A stretch of 64,000 nt of DNA from Amphiscolops sp. MND2022 (taxonomy: Eukaryota): positions 37,822,001 through 37,886,000 of the forward strand of contig OZ076409.1 in assembly GCA_964187785.1 (NCBI GenBank), in the 5' to 3' direction. The notes below the pieces were generated by a model, which was given only the letters and a program-made list of their open reading frames with translations, was not told the origin of the DNA and did not search any database. The translations under genes and the position numbers were made by a program. The first letter of the stretch is position 1, and every line of letters starts with the position of its first letter. Positions 1-11,408 of this stretch are shown here, one piece after another.

Positions 1-2420
1 CGAGCTAGCTACACCATCTGATATAGCTCAATTATCAACTTGGTTACTTTCAAAAGTCAAAATTTTTCAGAAGAGGGTACGGCCAGTGGGAAAACAATAA
101 AAACGTTCCATCAATCCTGCTAGGTCAGGAACAGAAAAATTTGCTCGGCTAAAATGCTGAAACATCGAAAAATTTAGCGATTTTTGTTGAAGAAACAACA
201 ATTTTGGCCTAGAAAACAAAAATTGGTGAGGGCGAAGCCTTGGGCGTGTGTTCCCAAGCTTTTAGATCGACCCAAAAACGTTGTACCCGAGCTTGGTAGT
301 ACAAAACATTACTGCCAAGACGTTTTTTACCCTTCCCCAATATAAATTGATAGTTTAACCCTTTACTTTCTTTTGTTATACATAAACCTGAGTAGAGGAC
401 CCCCTAGACCTGAGAGTTATAACATCAAAACTAATAATTGAAACAACCCCAGTCCCCTGAATAAAATTATTACACCTTGTTACGTTACGTTTAGAACTAT
501 CCCCAATATCTGGGAACCGAGAAATAAATAGTTACTAGGGAAAATACATATTTTTCACATTGTTCCCAGAGTGAAAAAAGTGTAACTTGAAAATTTTTTG
601 ACAGACCTTGTTTGGAACCTGCCAGGTTTTGCTTGCCTATTTTCTGTTAGTATAGAGTAAAACGTTGCTAACGCAGAAAATTGCGAGTAATTCCAACCAG
701 TGGTTGCCGAGAAATAGCCAAAAACGTGCTGTTTTAGTGACAATATCGGGACATTGGTGTCTGCTCCCAGAGCAGGTCGAAATCTCTCCTAGTAGGAGCA
801 ACCCAAATCGAATTGCACCATCGTGTAGACCACAAAAAGTTACGCTAGTGGTGTAGTTTTCTATGCGCTAGCATTACTAGTTATTGAGAAAACTTAGCCG
901 CAGTTTTGCCTCAAAAGTGTACGAAATTGTTGAAAAAATTGAATTTTAGTTGAGCATAGTGCAATACCTTCGGAGTACCCCAGCACTAAAATTATTGCAA
1001 TTTCGTACATAAGGCACTCGATCCCGACGATTTGTGCATTTTGAGCAGCTTGCTTTTGTCCAACTTGGAGAAATTGACAATTTTGTGAATTTTGACCCCA
1101 AAAAGTGAACTAAAGGGTACATCACAATTTTGTCAACTCGGATTGCCGAATATTGACCTGGGCACCCCGCTATATTGTTTTTCTGTTAGGCGGGCATAGT
1201 TTACGCTCGCATACAAAATTTCAGGTAACTAGGACGCCTAGAAGCCGCGTTTGACCAATTTTTGTGAATTTCACGACGTAGTCAAATTTTCTGTGAACAT
1301 TGTTAAGTGACCGTAACACCCACAGAGTCAATTTCTTTGCAATCGGCAACAATTTTCCCACGATTTGACCACAGTAGTATACCGTGTTAAATTTGCAGGT
1401 CGCAACTAGCTCTAGAAGTGATTTTCACCTTTCCCAGGCGTGCATATTGGCGAAAAAATTGCCGAATCACACAGTTTTCGTAGGTGTAGTAGCAAGTGAA
1501 GGCTCAAACAACCCTATTTCTACTCTAGCCACCCATGGCACGTCTCGTTGAAGCACTTTAAAATGAGCTAAGTCAACCCTTAGATCTTGGGTTCATTAGA
1601 AAACCGTCTACGAGACGTAGAAGCGAAAAACACCAAAATCGTGTTTTCTCTACCAACAACCACTAAAGTCACCTAAGTGCGAACTGATAGTTGCAGCCAC
1701 GCTTACTTCGACTGAGAAGCAACGTGTGAGAGCTAGAACGCATTTAAGAGTTCTCTAGGAGACTTAGACTTTGGACGCGGTGCGTCTCGAAACAGAACAT
1801 CAAGTGTAATAGCAATTAAAAGTGTTAAGAACTGTGTTTCCCTTGATCGCGCTACGATCAGATTTGTACAACTCTCTTGTTTGCCAGTGTTCTAGCACCT
1901 ACTCACCCCCAAGATCTATTACCAGAATCCCCTTTTTGTAGTAACACCACTTGTGCTCTCCTACTAGAGGGCAGTGCGAGTGTCATAGTGTACGCTGAAG
2001 GAGTAAAGTGCGGCGATTTCTTGAATAAATCCCCGTAAAGCTCTGTTAGCGTGCCAAAACTTTTCTATTCATTCCAAGCGCATAGCTTGTGGCTGGAGAA
2101 AGTGTTGTTAAGTGTGAGTTCGTATAGCAACCTTAAGTAGTACTTCAAAAAAAACTTTAATTTTTGTTATTCGTAGAATAACTGTCTCCAGTTAGTGGGA
2201 AAGCAAACCTTTCTGTTCTAATTAGTGGTGGTTAGCACCAGCACCAGTGCCTGTAATCTGAAGATTGTAGTTTGTAAGCCAACTTCATTCAACTCAGAAC
2301 ATAGTAGGCAATTACGAGCTGCAAGCTCCAGAACCTAGTGGTCCCATAGTTTAGTTTGCATAATAGTGAGGGAGTACATCAAAAACTTCAGTTTAGACTT
2401 TATAAGAGAAAGAGTCAGTA

Positions 2421-4723
2421 TTGGGAGAAGCTAAAGCCCTATTCAAAAGCTGGGTTACTAGAGGAAACAGTGGTCAGAGCAGTCAATCGAGCATGAACTC
2501 TGGCGAGATTGAGCATCTGAAGTCTTGGAATGAATCGAATAGGCAGACGAATAGCTTCCACGTTACGAATCCATTTGCAAGCGATGTAGAGGAGTTGTCT
2601 AGGCTTAGTGCACGTGCTGAGATAGCAGCGGAAAACATGATTGCAAGTAGGTTGTTATGCTATGTCATGTCGGATAATGTGCCTATCGCTAATCAAAACT
2701 CGCAAATGGCATAATTCAGCCAACTAAACTCATCTCGAGCATCTTCGGATAGCGCTAACTTTGTAAGTGGCACTGCCATGAACTGTGGTAGCGTCTGGCC
2801 TCCCATGAATAACTCTGCGATTGATTGAGGAGATTGGCCAAATTCGAATGGAGAACAAGATACCAGCTTGGACATCAGCAAATGGGTAGAGAACATGAAT
2901 GCAGGCATGGCCTTCGAAAAGATTACACCACAGGTGAGTCTGGATGTGGACCCGCTGGGTTCCGGAGTTCCAGTGTTTGCTGCTAATAGAAACGCCGTTG
3001 CTGACACCGCAAGTACTCCTTCAGGAAACCAGCTGGGAAAGCGGGAGACAGTAAAAGAGGTAAACCTCCAGAACTATACCTTTACCACATCACCTCTGCT
3101 AGGTCATAACACCTTCCAACTAGAAAGCACGGCCATTTCTCAATATGCAGGCTCAGATAGCAGAGCGTCCCCAAGCTCGGCCATTACTGGAGGCATCAAG
3201 GAAACTGAAGTCACTAGGGAAGACTCGGGACGGAGCATGGCACAGTTGAAACAAGTCCAAGCCCAGTTAGTTCAAGAGAATGGTGACCATGCTCAGCGAG
3301 CTGAAGTCTTAATGAAGGAAATGGACGAACTCAGAAGAGGAGTGATTCAAATGAAGGTGGAAGAGCGCATCAATTAGGACAAAATGGAAACGTCAATGGC
3401 ATCTGTCAAGGGTCTAACTGAAAAGCGCATATCGGAAATGACGGCGATAATGGCGCAAAGAGACCAACAAGCCGATGAACGACTGAAGTTTATATCCGAA
3501 ACGATGCATCACAGAAACATAGATGTCGACAAGCGCATGGTGGACCTCATAACTACAGTTCAAAGATTTACTCTACGGGAAAAGCTGTAGTGGCAACGGT
3601 ACCAAGTCGTCCTTCACCTGTGCCGGTGGCACTAAACGCTGCGAACGTACCATCCACAAGTGCATTTTCAACCCAGCCACTCACAAAAAGAGAAGTAGTT
3701 CAGCGCCAGAGCGGGGCGAAGCCCGATCAAAGAAATTTGAATCCAGAAACAGTAGAAGAGGCTGCAAAAGGCAATACGCTGAACACAATACATGAGCAAG
3801 CGTTAGCCGAAGCAATAACAACCGCGATGTCCAAAGGTTTGGAACCATTGCTAGCAGCAAAAGAAGCCAAAAATATACCAACCAAATACCGCGGTACGCG
3901 CGACGGGATAATAGATGGTTGGCTAATGCTCATGAAACGTTATTTGGAGAAAGGACACGCAAAAGATACTCCATTGGACAGAGCATGGACCATCGTGGAA
4001 TTCCTAGAGAATGAGGCACAAGATTATATAACAAACAAGTCAGAGGCCGAACTTGACACGGATGAGAAAGTCTTCGCGCTATTAGCGCGGCGATTTGGAA
4101 CGGGATCTAGTAAGATCCAAATACAGCAGCAGTTCCGAACGCGCAATCAGTCCAACGATGAAGATTACATGCAATACCTTGACGCACTTGAAAGTTTGCG
4201 CAGCCAAGGTTTTCCTAACGAAGAAGCTACTCTAAGGCGCTACGAAATCATGCAGAGATTCATCGAAGGGGTTCGCAGCTTTGAGTTGAAGCGAAATCTC
4301 GCACTCATGTACGCACAAGAACAGTACGTGGATACACCTCCAACAGTGGAAGCACTACGGTTCACGGTACAACAATACTTGCACATGCGCGGCCCTATCC
4401 GCTCTGAGAACTATCCAGCGCCTCAGCAACAGCCTTTACTTGCAAGCCAACAAAACCCGATACCGGCAGCGGCTCCTCAAGCGCCTAATGTGCAGCTTAC
4501 TCCACAGCCTGTGGCTGTTCGACAGCAACCACCTAGGGCATGTTTCAATTGTGGCGACCCGTCACATTTTGTCCCCGATTGCCCCTTGAAAGATCGTGCA
4601 CGCAAACCAGTGCAACAACTAGTTAATTCGTGTCAAACGAACCCAGCTGGTGAATGGACTTGTCCTTCTAACCCTCATGGCATGAATAACTACGTTGTGC
4701 CTGCATTTTCCGCATTTTCCTAG
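2421..4723 (+). pseudogene. gag: gag: low-complexity/coiled-coil N-terminus, capsid region, CCHC zinc knuckle; in-frame stops and one frameshift
   Basis: ORFs at 2421, 2868 and 3384 share one frame; 3590-4723 contains KYRGTRDG..WL capsid-like start, QQFRTRNQ..E..Y major-homology-like motif and CFNCGDPSHFVPDC. Confidence 0.88.
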
Positions 4724-5354
4724 AGATGACGAGACCAAGCTAGCGCAAATACAGAAGGTCAAAACAATCGCGCCAGTCCCCATAGCAATCACGGTTGATG
4801 GTGTCGACATGAGATTCGATGCGATTGTTGTCCTGGAAGGACACTTTCTACGAGGCCTGTACTTGGGCAGGCAAGAACTGCGCTATTATAACATCGGAGT
4901 GCAGGATGCACATGAAGAGGCCCAGATTGATGAGCGAGCCTCGCTAGTGGTTGCATTCAGAACTCCTTTGCAAAAACCGATACCACTCTTAGGCAGGATA
5001 GACACCGGTTCGCGAGTCTCTATTCTCTCACTTAGCGTGTACAGGAAAATTGCATCCCAGCATGAGCTGAGCCTGTCACTATATGACCTTGAACTCTTCG
5101 CTGCCAATGGCAAGAACATCACCACCGTTGGCATTGTCGAGGATGTAAGCTTTCAGCTTGGCGGACATACTCTGAAGACCAACTTCGTAGTCATAGCAGA
5201 CCACATTGGTTCAGAGGACTTTCTCTTGGGTCGAAACTTCTTGCGCACATACAACGTGTTGCTGGACCTGGCTGCCATGAAAGTAACCATCCTAGACCCG
5301 ACAACGCCTAGGATCTTCAAAGCAGTTCACGAAGTCAGTGACCAAGAGCCATAA
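4695..5354 (+). pseudogene. pol: Retropepsin-type aspartic protease region
   Basis: IDTGSRVSIL catalytic motif and FLLGRNFL C-terminal motif; an extra LYLGRQEL motif lies upstream. Confidence 0.88.
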
Positions 5355-5899
5355 ATTGTTGTTTCTGCAGAGGAGGTTACTTTAGGGCCTTTCGAACGAA
5401 AAGTTGTGCGCGCAAAGATCATAACACAACAGCCAGATGAATTTCACTTTCGTAATGTAATGGTTCACACATGTAGCATGAAGTCCAATTCGGTATTTGT
5501 TTCAGAAGATACACTAACTTCCGTGGGAGATTACGGTGTAGTTTTCTTAGCCCTAAGAAGCCAAACTGCTAAAGAAGTGTTCAGAATCAAAGAACAAACT
5601 GTAGTTGGAAAAGCGGTGCTCACCAATTTTGTGTTCAATCCCGTTCCCATTCAAGACAGTCGTGAAGCTTCGAAGCTTTCAGCTGAATTTGTGAATCAAG
5701 TGCACAGAGACTTAGATTTGGACACCAGTTCAGAATTCAGTTCCTTTGCACAGAACTTTTTGTCTTCAACTGTACCGTCAGACATAGATCTATCGGAAAA
5801 CGGAAAACGCAAAAGGACAGATCCACAACTGCTGAAGCCAATCCCAGGCCCTGATATCTCTTCCGTCCTTTCTTCTTGGGGGGAAGAGGCGAGCGTTAA

Positions 5900-7350
5900 A
5901 TGAAAAATAAATCCGACATAGGACGATGCAAATCAGCAAAACACCGCATAGAGCTAGAGCCAGAGGCTATACCATACAGAGAAGGGGCAAGGCGCATGTC
6001 CGACATTTCTTGAAAACCCACGTAATGTAATCGATGTGAAGAATCCACACCACACTGCAACAGATCTGTTGCAGTCAAAAGTTCACTGCTTGGCGTCGTA
6101 ATGTCTCCCGACAAAGCAGCCAAAGCAAACCAAGAAGTACATAATTTGTTAGCTTTAGGTTTGGTTCAACCCTCTTACTCGCCGTGGGCTAGTGGGATTG
6201 TCATGGTGAAAAAAAAATCAGGCGAGCTTCGCTTTTGCTGTGACTTCCGCCCGCTGAATGATGTAACAATGAGAGATGCGTTTCCATTGCTCAGGATCGA
6301 TGAAAGTCTTTCAAGGATCGCGAACGCAAAAATCTTCACTAGCATTGATCTAGCGTGGGCCTTTTGGCAGATTCCGGTGAAGAAGCGTGATCGCAGAAAA
6401 ACTGCGTTCGCGTGTGAGCTTGGCCTGTTCGAATGGCGGCGCATGCCTTTTGGGCTATGCAATGCCTCGGCCACATTTCAGCGATCTATCACGAGAGCTC
6501 TTCAGAAGATTTAACAACGATATGGAAGTGTTGTCATGGCCTATATTGACGAGATAGTGATTGCGACGGAAACTATTGAAGATCACTTGGAAAGAATCAG
6601 AGAAGTATTCGAGTGTCTCAGAGAGGCAGGTTTCAAGATGCGAGCCGAGAAGTGTGATTTCGTGCGCACCGAAACCAAATACCTCGGAAGAGTAGTCTCA
6701 GCCGAAGGCATAAAACCAGACCAGACTGCTGTTAGCAAAATCCAAGAATGGATGCCCCCGAGAAATAAAAAAGAACTTCAAAGCTTCCTCGGATTTGCGA
6801 ATTACAACCGAGATTTCATTCCTTTTCACGCCGCTAAGGTGCAACCTATGCAGGAGTTGTTAAGGAAGAATCAACACTTCCAGTGGAAAGAAAAACATCA
6901 AGAAGCATTTGATTCTTTGAAACAGGCATTAGTCGATGCCACAACTTTGGCAGCGCCAAACGAAGACGGACGTTTTGTTTTGGACACAGATGCCAGTGCA
7001 GTTGCTGTAGCCGGTATCCTACACCAGGACCAAGAATACAATGGGAAGACCGTTCTACGTCCCATCGGTTATGGTAGCAAGTCACTAACGCGAACACAAC
7101 TGAATTATGGTGCCCCGAAATTGGAGATGTATGAGTTTTCTATTTTATCGAAAATTCCATTCGTACCTTGCAGGTCGGGAGTTCACGCTGCGTGTGGATA
7201 ACCAGGCTCTCTCGTGGCTGAAGACATATTCAATGGATCAGGCCATGATTGGACGCTGGATTGCGCGTCTCGACTAGTACCACTTCAAGACGATCCACAG
7301 ACCACGCACGCAACACAGAAATGCAGACGGTCTCAGCAAAAAAACCAATG
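5900..7350 (+). pseudogene. pol: Reverse transcriptase and RNase H, disrupted
   Basis: SPWASGIVMVKKK..RFCCDFR.LN, IDLAWAFWQI, MPFGLCNASATFQ, YIDEI (YxDD mutated), LQSFLGFANY, DTDAS, NYGAPKLEM, HRPRTQHRNADGLSK; stop at 6512, frameshift near 7135, insertion at 6001-6100. Confidence 0.95.
6001..6100. mobile_element. 100-bp insertion in pol with ATGTC target duplication
   Basis: ATGTC at 5996-6000 and 6101-6105; removing the insert restores GARRMSPDKAAKA; internal 22-bp palindrome at 6054-6075. Confidence 0.75.
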
Positions 7351-7714
7351 ACTATATGCATCGGGAGAAGATTGTGGAAACTTTACCAGAAGTGAGCAAG
7401 GGTTTCAGTTTCATGTCCCAGAAAGACTATGAAGATCTTCCCACTGTGCCATATATCGACAAACATGGAAAATTCATTCCAAACCACCCAAAACTCCCTC
7501 CTGAAGCTAGAGAACAACTCCCTGTGCTCTATATTTTGAAGAGACCGAAAGAGGACTCAACCTCAGAGCACTCCTTGAGCTCCATACCGTGGTACCCACA
7601 GGTACAATGGGAAACAACCCCGATATCAACTGAAGACGATAGACCGATTTGTATCCTTAGCATAACAACCAAAGTGCCGCCGGCACGTCTCGACACCACT
7701 AAACGCGACCTGCG

Positions 7715-9106
7715 TTGCGGAGATTGCCAACGCAGTGTCAAGAACAAGCTGATGTCCTCAGGTTATTCGGAACTGAGCTTCACGAGCATCAGTCGACAAT
7801 GCGTGGATTGAAGGATCTACATTTAGCTCAAAACAGAGACGTACACCTTCTAGCGCTGAAGAAACTCATGAAGAAGCAGCCATTGGAAGACTCCTTGTTC
7901 CCCGAGGACGTGCAGGACTTTGCCAAACGGTACTTCCATCAAAAGAAAGACCTCCTGTTCCTGAATCAAAATGACATCCTGTGTGTCAACTATATTCCGC
8001 ACCAACGCGCGATGCACGTACGACCGTGTATGATTGTCATGCCCCAGCTGTACCAACACGAAATTTTGTATAGAGCGCATGATGAATCGAGACACCAAGG
8101 TGTTGGCAAAGTGTTGGCAAGGATCCAGGAGCGCCACACTTGGCCAGGCATCAAGCGTGATGTCGTCAATCATATTAAGCACTGCTTAACGTGCCAACAG
8201 ACGAAACATCCCGCTGGGAATCCCTGTTACCCTTTACAAAGTATCAACAGCAACAATTTCAGTGACCTGGTGCAGTTTGACCATTTGAAGCTGTGCAAGA
8301 CAACGTCAGGAAACATTGGACTGCTAGTCATCATCGACCATTTCACCAAGTTTGCGGAGGCAATCCCTTGTGCGCATGATGAGTATGATGCACAGACAAC
8401 TGCAAAGATCATCTTGAATAAATGGTTTGCAAGACATGGTACTCCTGCCAGGATGCAGTCTGACAATGCCACAAATTTCACTGCCCAAATTGCACAGGAA
8501 CTGATGAAAGCCTCGCAAGTAACCAAGGTGACGTCTACTCCAGCTCACCCGAGAGGCAATGGTTTAGTAGAACGTCAAAACCGAACGTTGCTCACCTTGC
8601 TCAGAGTCTATACGTCACGCAGGATGTCAGATTGGGATGAGCACATACCCGGAGTCTTGGGTGCCTACAATTCAGCCAGACACGCTACAACCGAATTTTC
8701 TCCGTACATGCTCCAACATGGCGCAGAAAAATCCATTCAGCTCTCGTTCATATATCCAGAATTCGCAGCGCGAGAGTTTGAGTCCAAGGAAGAATTCGTA
8801 GAGCACGTACTCGCTAGACAACAAGAAATCCACGAGCTTGTTCATCGAAACACTCATCAGGCGCAAGTACGACAAAAACAGAAGTTTGACAGGCATTTGA
8901 AAGCAAAAGCTCACGCCGTGGGTGATGCTGTGTGGGTTTTCTGTCACATAATTCCCAAGGGTGGTACCCGTAAACTTCTTCGGGCCTGGCGTGGACCTCA
9001 CATGATCACGGATGTATTACAAGATGGACGACTATACGTGTTAGACCCAGGCCAAAAAGGTCAATTTGAGCGCTTGAAGAAGCATATGCCTGCACCCTGG
9101 GATTAG
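7715..9106 (+). CDS. pol: Gypsy integrase (HHCC plus DDE core), open over 463 codons
   Basis: H..RHQG..WPGI..C..C zinc finger; QFDH, QSDNATNF, NGLVERQNRTL catalytic motifs; WRGPH (GPY/F-like) motif. Confidence 0.95.
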   Translation: MRRLPTQCQEQADVLRLFGTELHEHQSTMRGLKDLHLAQNRDVHLLALKKLMKKQPLEDSLFPEDVQDFAKRYFHQKKDLLFLNQNDILCVNYIPHQRAMHVRPCMIVMPQLYQHEILYRAHDESRHQGVGKVLARIQERHTWPGIKRDVVNHIKHCLTCQQTKHPAGNPCYPLQSINSNNFSDLVQFDHLKLCKTTSGNIGLLVIIDHFTKFAEAIPCAHDEYDAQTTAKIILNKWFARHGTPARMQSDNATNFTAQIAQELMKASQVTKVTSTPAHPRGNGLVERQNRTLLTLLRVYTSRRMSDWDEHIPGVLGAYNSARHATTEFSPYMLQHGAEKSIQLSFIYPEFAAREFESKEEFVEHVLARQQEIHELVHRNTHQAQVRQKQKFDRHLKAKAHAVGDAVWVFCHIIPKGGTRKLLRAWRGPHMITDVLQDGRLYVLDPGQKGQFERLKKHMPAPWD

Positions 9107-11408
9107 CACATCAACCCTTTGGGTTGGATCAGAATGTAGCCATCATCGCCGATCCGTACGTAGAAGAAAGCAATGAGGAAAGAACATCTGACATATCGCG
9201 TGACTCATTCCTTCCAGAACAACTGCCGGAGGCATCATTCGAAATGGAACCAACCGCGCCTGTCCCACCGCTCACGATTCACACACGTACTCAGTCTGCT
9301 TTGGAACGAGGAATCACACGTAGACGATTCAGTCAGTTGGATATATGTCTGAGTCAGAATCTGACCGAGAACCAGTGGATCCCCTTATTGAAGAAGCACA
9401 GCAACCAGTAGTTTTTCCTGACATTGATGATCTAGAACCATTGTTCTCTGATCAGAAAGAAGTCTTGCCTGAACCAGCACCTAGTCTGATGCCCCCACCA
9501 TCAGGAACGTCAGCACCACTACTATCGAACCCAGTTTAAACCGATACATTGAGTAACTTTCCACTGTTCAGTCCTCGAGCTGGTAGCTCGGTAGGACTAG
9601 AACTTGTCGAGGAAGCCGAGCCCCAACAAGGAACTGACAGGGAAATTCAAGAACAAGGTCAAAGCATAAAAACATTACCGACATCAGGGAAAACTACAAG
9701 TGGAAGAGGCAGACCAAGAGGTAGACCTCCAGGGCGTAGAACAGCAAGCACCACTTCATCAAGCAGAGCACTTACAAGAATGAAAAGACCATACACTCGA
9801 TCGAGAGGCCGAATCAGAAGTAGAGCTCGGTCTAGAACATTGGAACGAGCAATGACACTGCCAGACATAGCAGAAAGCATGTCACCAGAGCAGCGAGAAA
9901 CAAAGCAGCCATCTCTTTCACAGGCCCCGCCTTATCAGCTACGACGTAACAGAGCACCACGCTACAGGTGTGAAACCTGCGGTTCCCGCAACTGTAGTTG
10001 CGTCAACCTAGTTGAAGTGAGGACACCGGACAAGCGATTGGCCCGGGGAGTGGACGCTCCTGCTCATGACTCAGCCGACACCGAAACGTCCGAAGACCAT
10101 CTACAGCATACAATTCGGTCCATAAAGTCAAAGGACCAGGTTGTTCCACAAGTGTATCATGTTGTAATAACAATAGAAAAGACATACTCGAGCATTGGAC
10201 CAGGTGTGGTCCCACCATTGGAAACCACACTCAATGCTATGCAAGGAACATCGCCCCCAGACTGTCCCACCTATCATTTCAAGGAGTGGACGCGGTACGA
10301 CAAGAGTGGATTAGAATTTACAATAACCGCTATTATTCCCCCACTCCCACCATCGATGGTGTTTGGAGAAACAGAGCCAGAAGACACAAATATAGCAATG
10401 GTACGCTGTATCATCGCGCAGAAGCTATGGCAACAATATGGTGTGACCTCCCCTCCTGGAGACGTATATCACCCAACGGCAGGTTGGTGGCTACTAATCA
10501 CCTCCTTGGACGAAACATCACCAGTGACACCAGGAACTCTATTGATTTGTTTAGAGAACTTGCGTACACTATTAGAGTTCGAGGACACACTTTGTTTCCA
10601 TCTAGCAGACATCTATCGCGGAAAATTCCTTAGTCAACATTGGTTACAGCTACTAGCTATCACTTTCTGTCGGCAAGCCAAAATACGCCTCTTGGACAAA
10701 TACACGTATACGTTCGAGAACCCAGTGACCGTGCTTGAAGCACTCTCCGTAGTCCATGATTGGTCCTGCACGAACGTGGGAGACAGACCTTTACGCAGAA
10801 CAGTGTGGCAAGACCGTAAAACCATTCTGGATCATCTCACACCAAGGCAGGACAATCAAAGCACTGTCACGGGAAAACTGTTGACAACGCACCCGAAAGT
10901 CAAGCCGAACTACCTACCATGGAAAACCTGTGATGAAACCGATATATTGCAAACGCGTGGTACCGTGGTAATATGCTGTCCGGCAGATCTGCTGTCATAT
11001 TCAGCAATGGCGCGTTATGTAATCCGGGAATATGGCCAAGAGGAGATTTTCCGACTACGACCAGCTGTAGGAAAAGCCATTCATCTCGTCAAGTCACATA
11101 AAGCCCCATGAAATAATGACATGTTCCTATTATTCACGAGAGCCTCCAACAAACAACCCATGCTACATGATGTGCTACATCTGTGCCTGATTGATCTGGT
11201 ACAGAAACTCGCGTAAGCCCACATCACCCAAGTTCACCTTCCTATCTATGATCCTGAAAGGTCGATCAACATACTACCAGCTTGGTATTCCATGTTGAGA
11301 GATCATTTCATCGACTCAGACATTGACATAGTTCTCCATGATAGGGTCTATGTGTCAATCGCATCAGTCAACGCATATGGCAGCAACACGAAGCACAAAT
11401 TGGATTGA
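9107..11408 (+). pseudogene. Post-integrase extension: acidic linker, AT-hook, Cys cluster, two putative TARG1/OARD1-like macrodomains
   Basis: ORFs 9124, 9345 and 9549-11111; the last frame reads on through TGA (11109) and TAA (11214) to TGA 11406-11408; contains GRGRPRGRPP, CETCGSRNCSC and VVICCPAD...FLLFTR...VHLP...W..MLRDHFIDSDIDIVLH. Confidence 0.65.

Noticed and set aside
555..743. Antisense ORF similar to 28474-28935 (NRQAKPGRFQTRS), with some third-position changes
   Set aside because: The similarity follows from leader DNA homology; the frame is broken by stops and 1-nt indels and has no shared start
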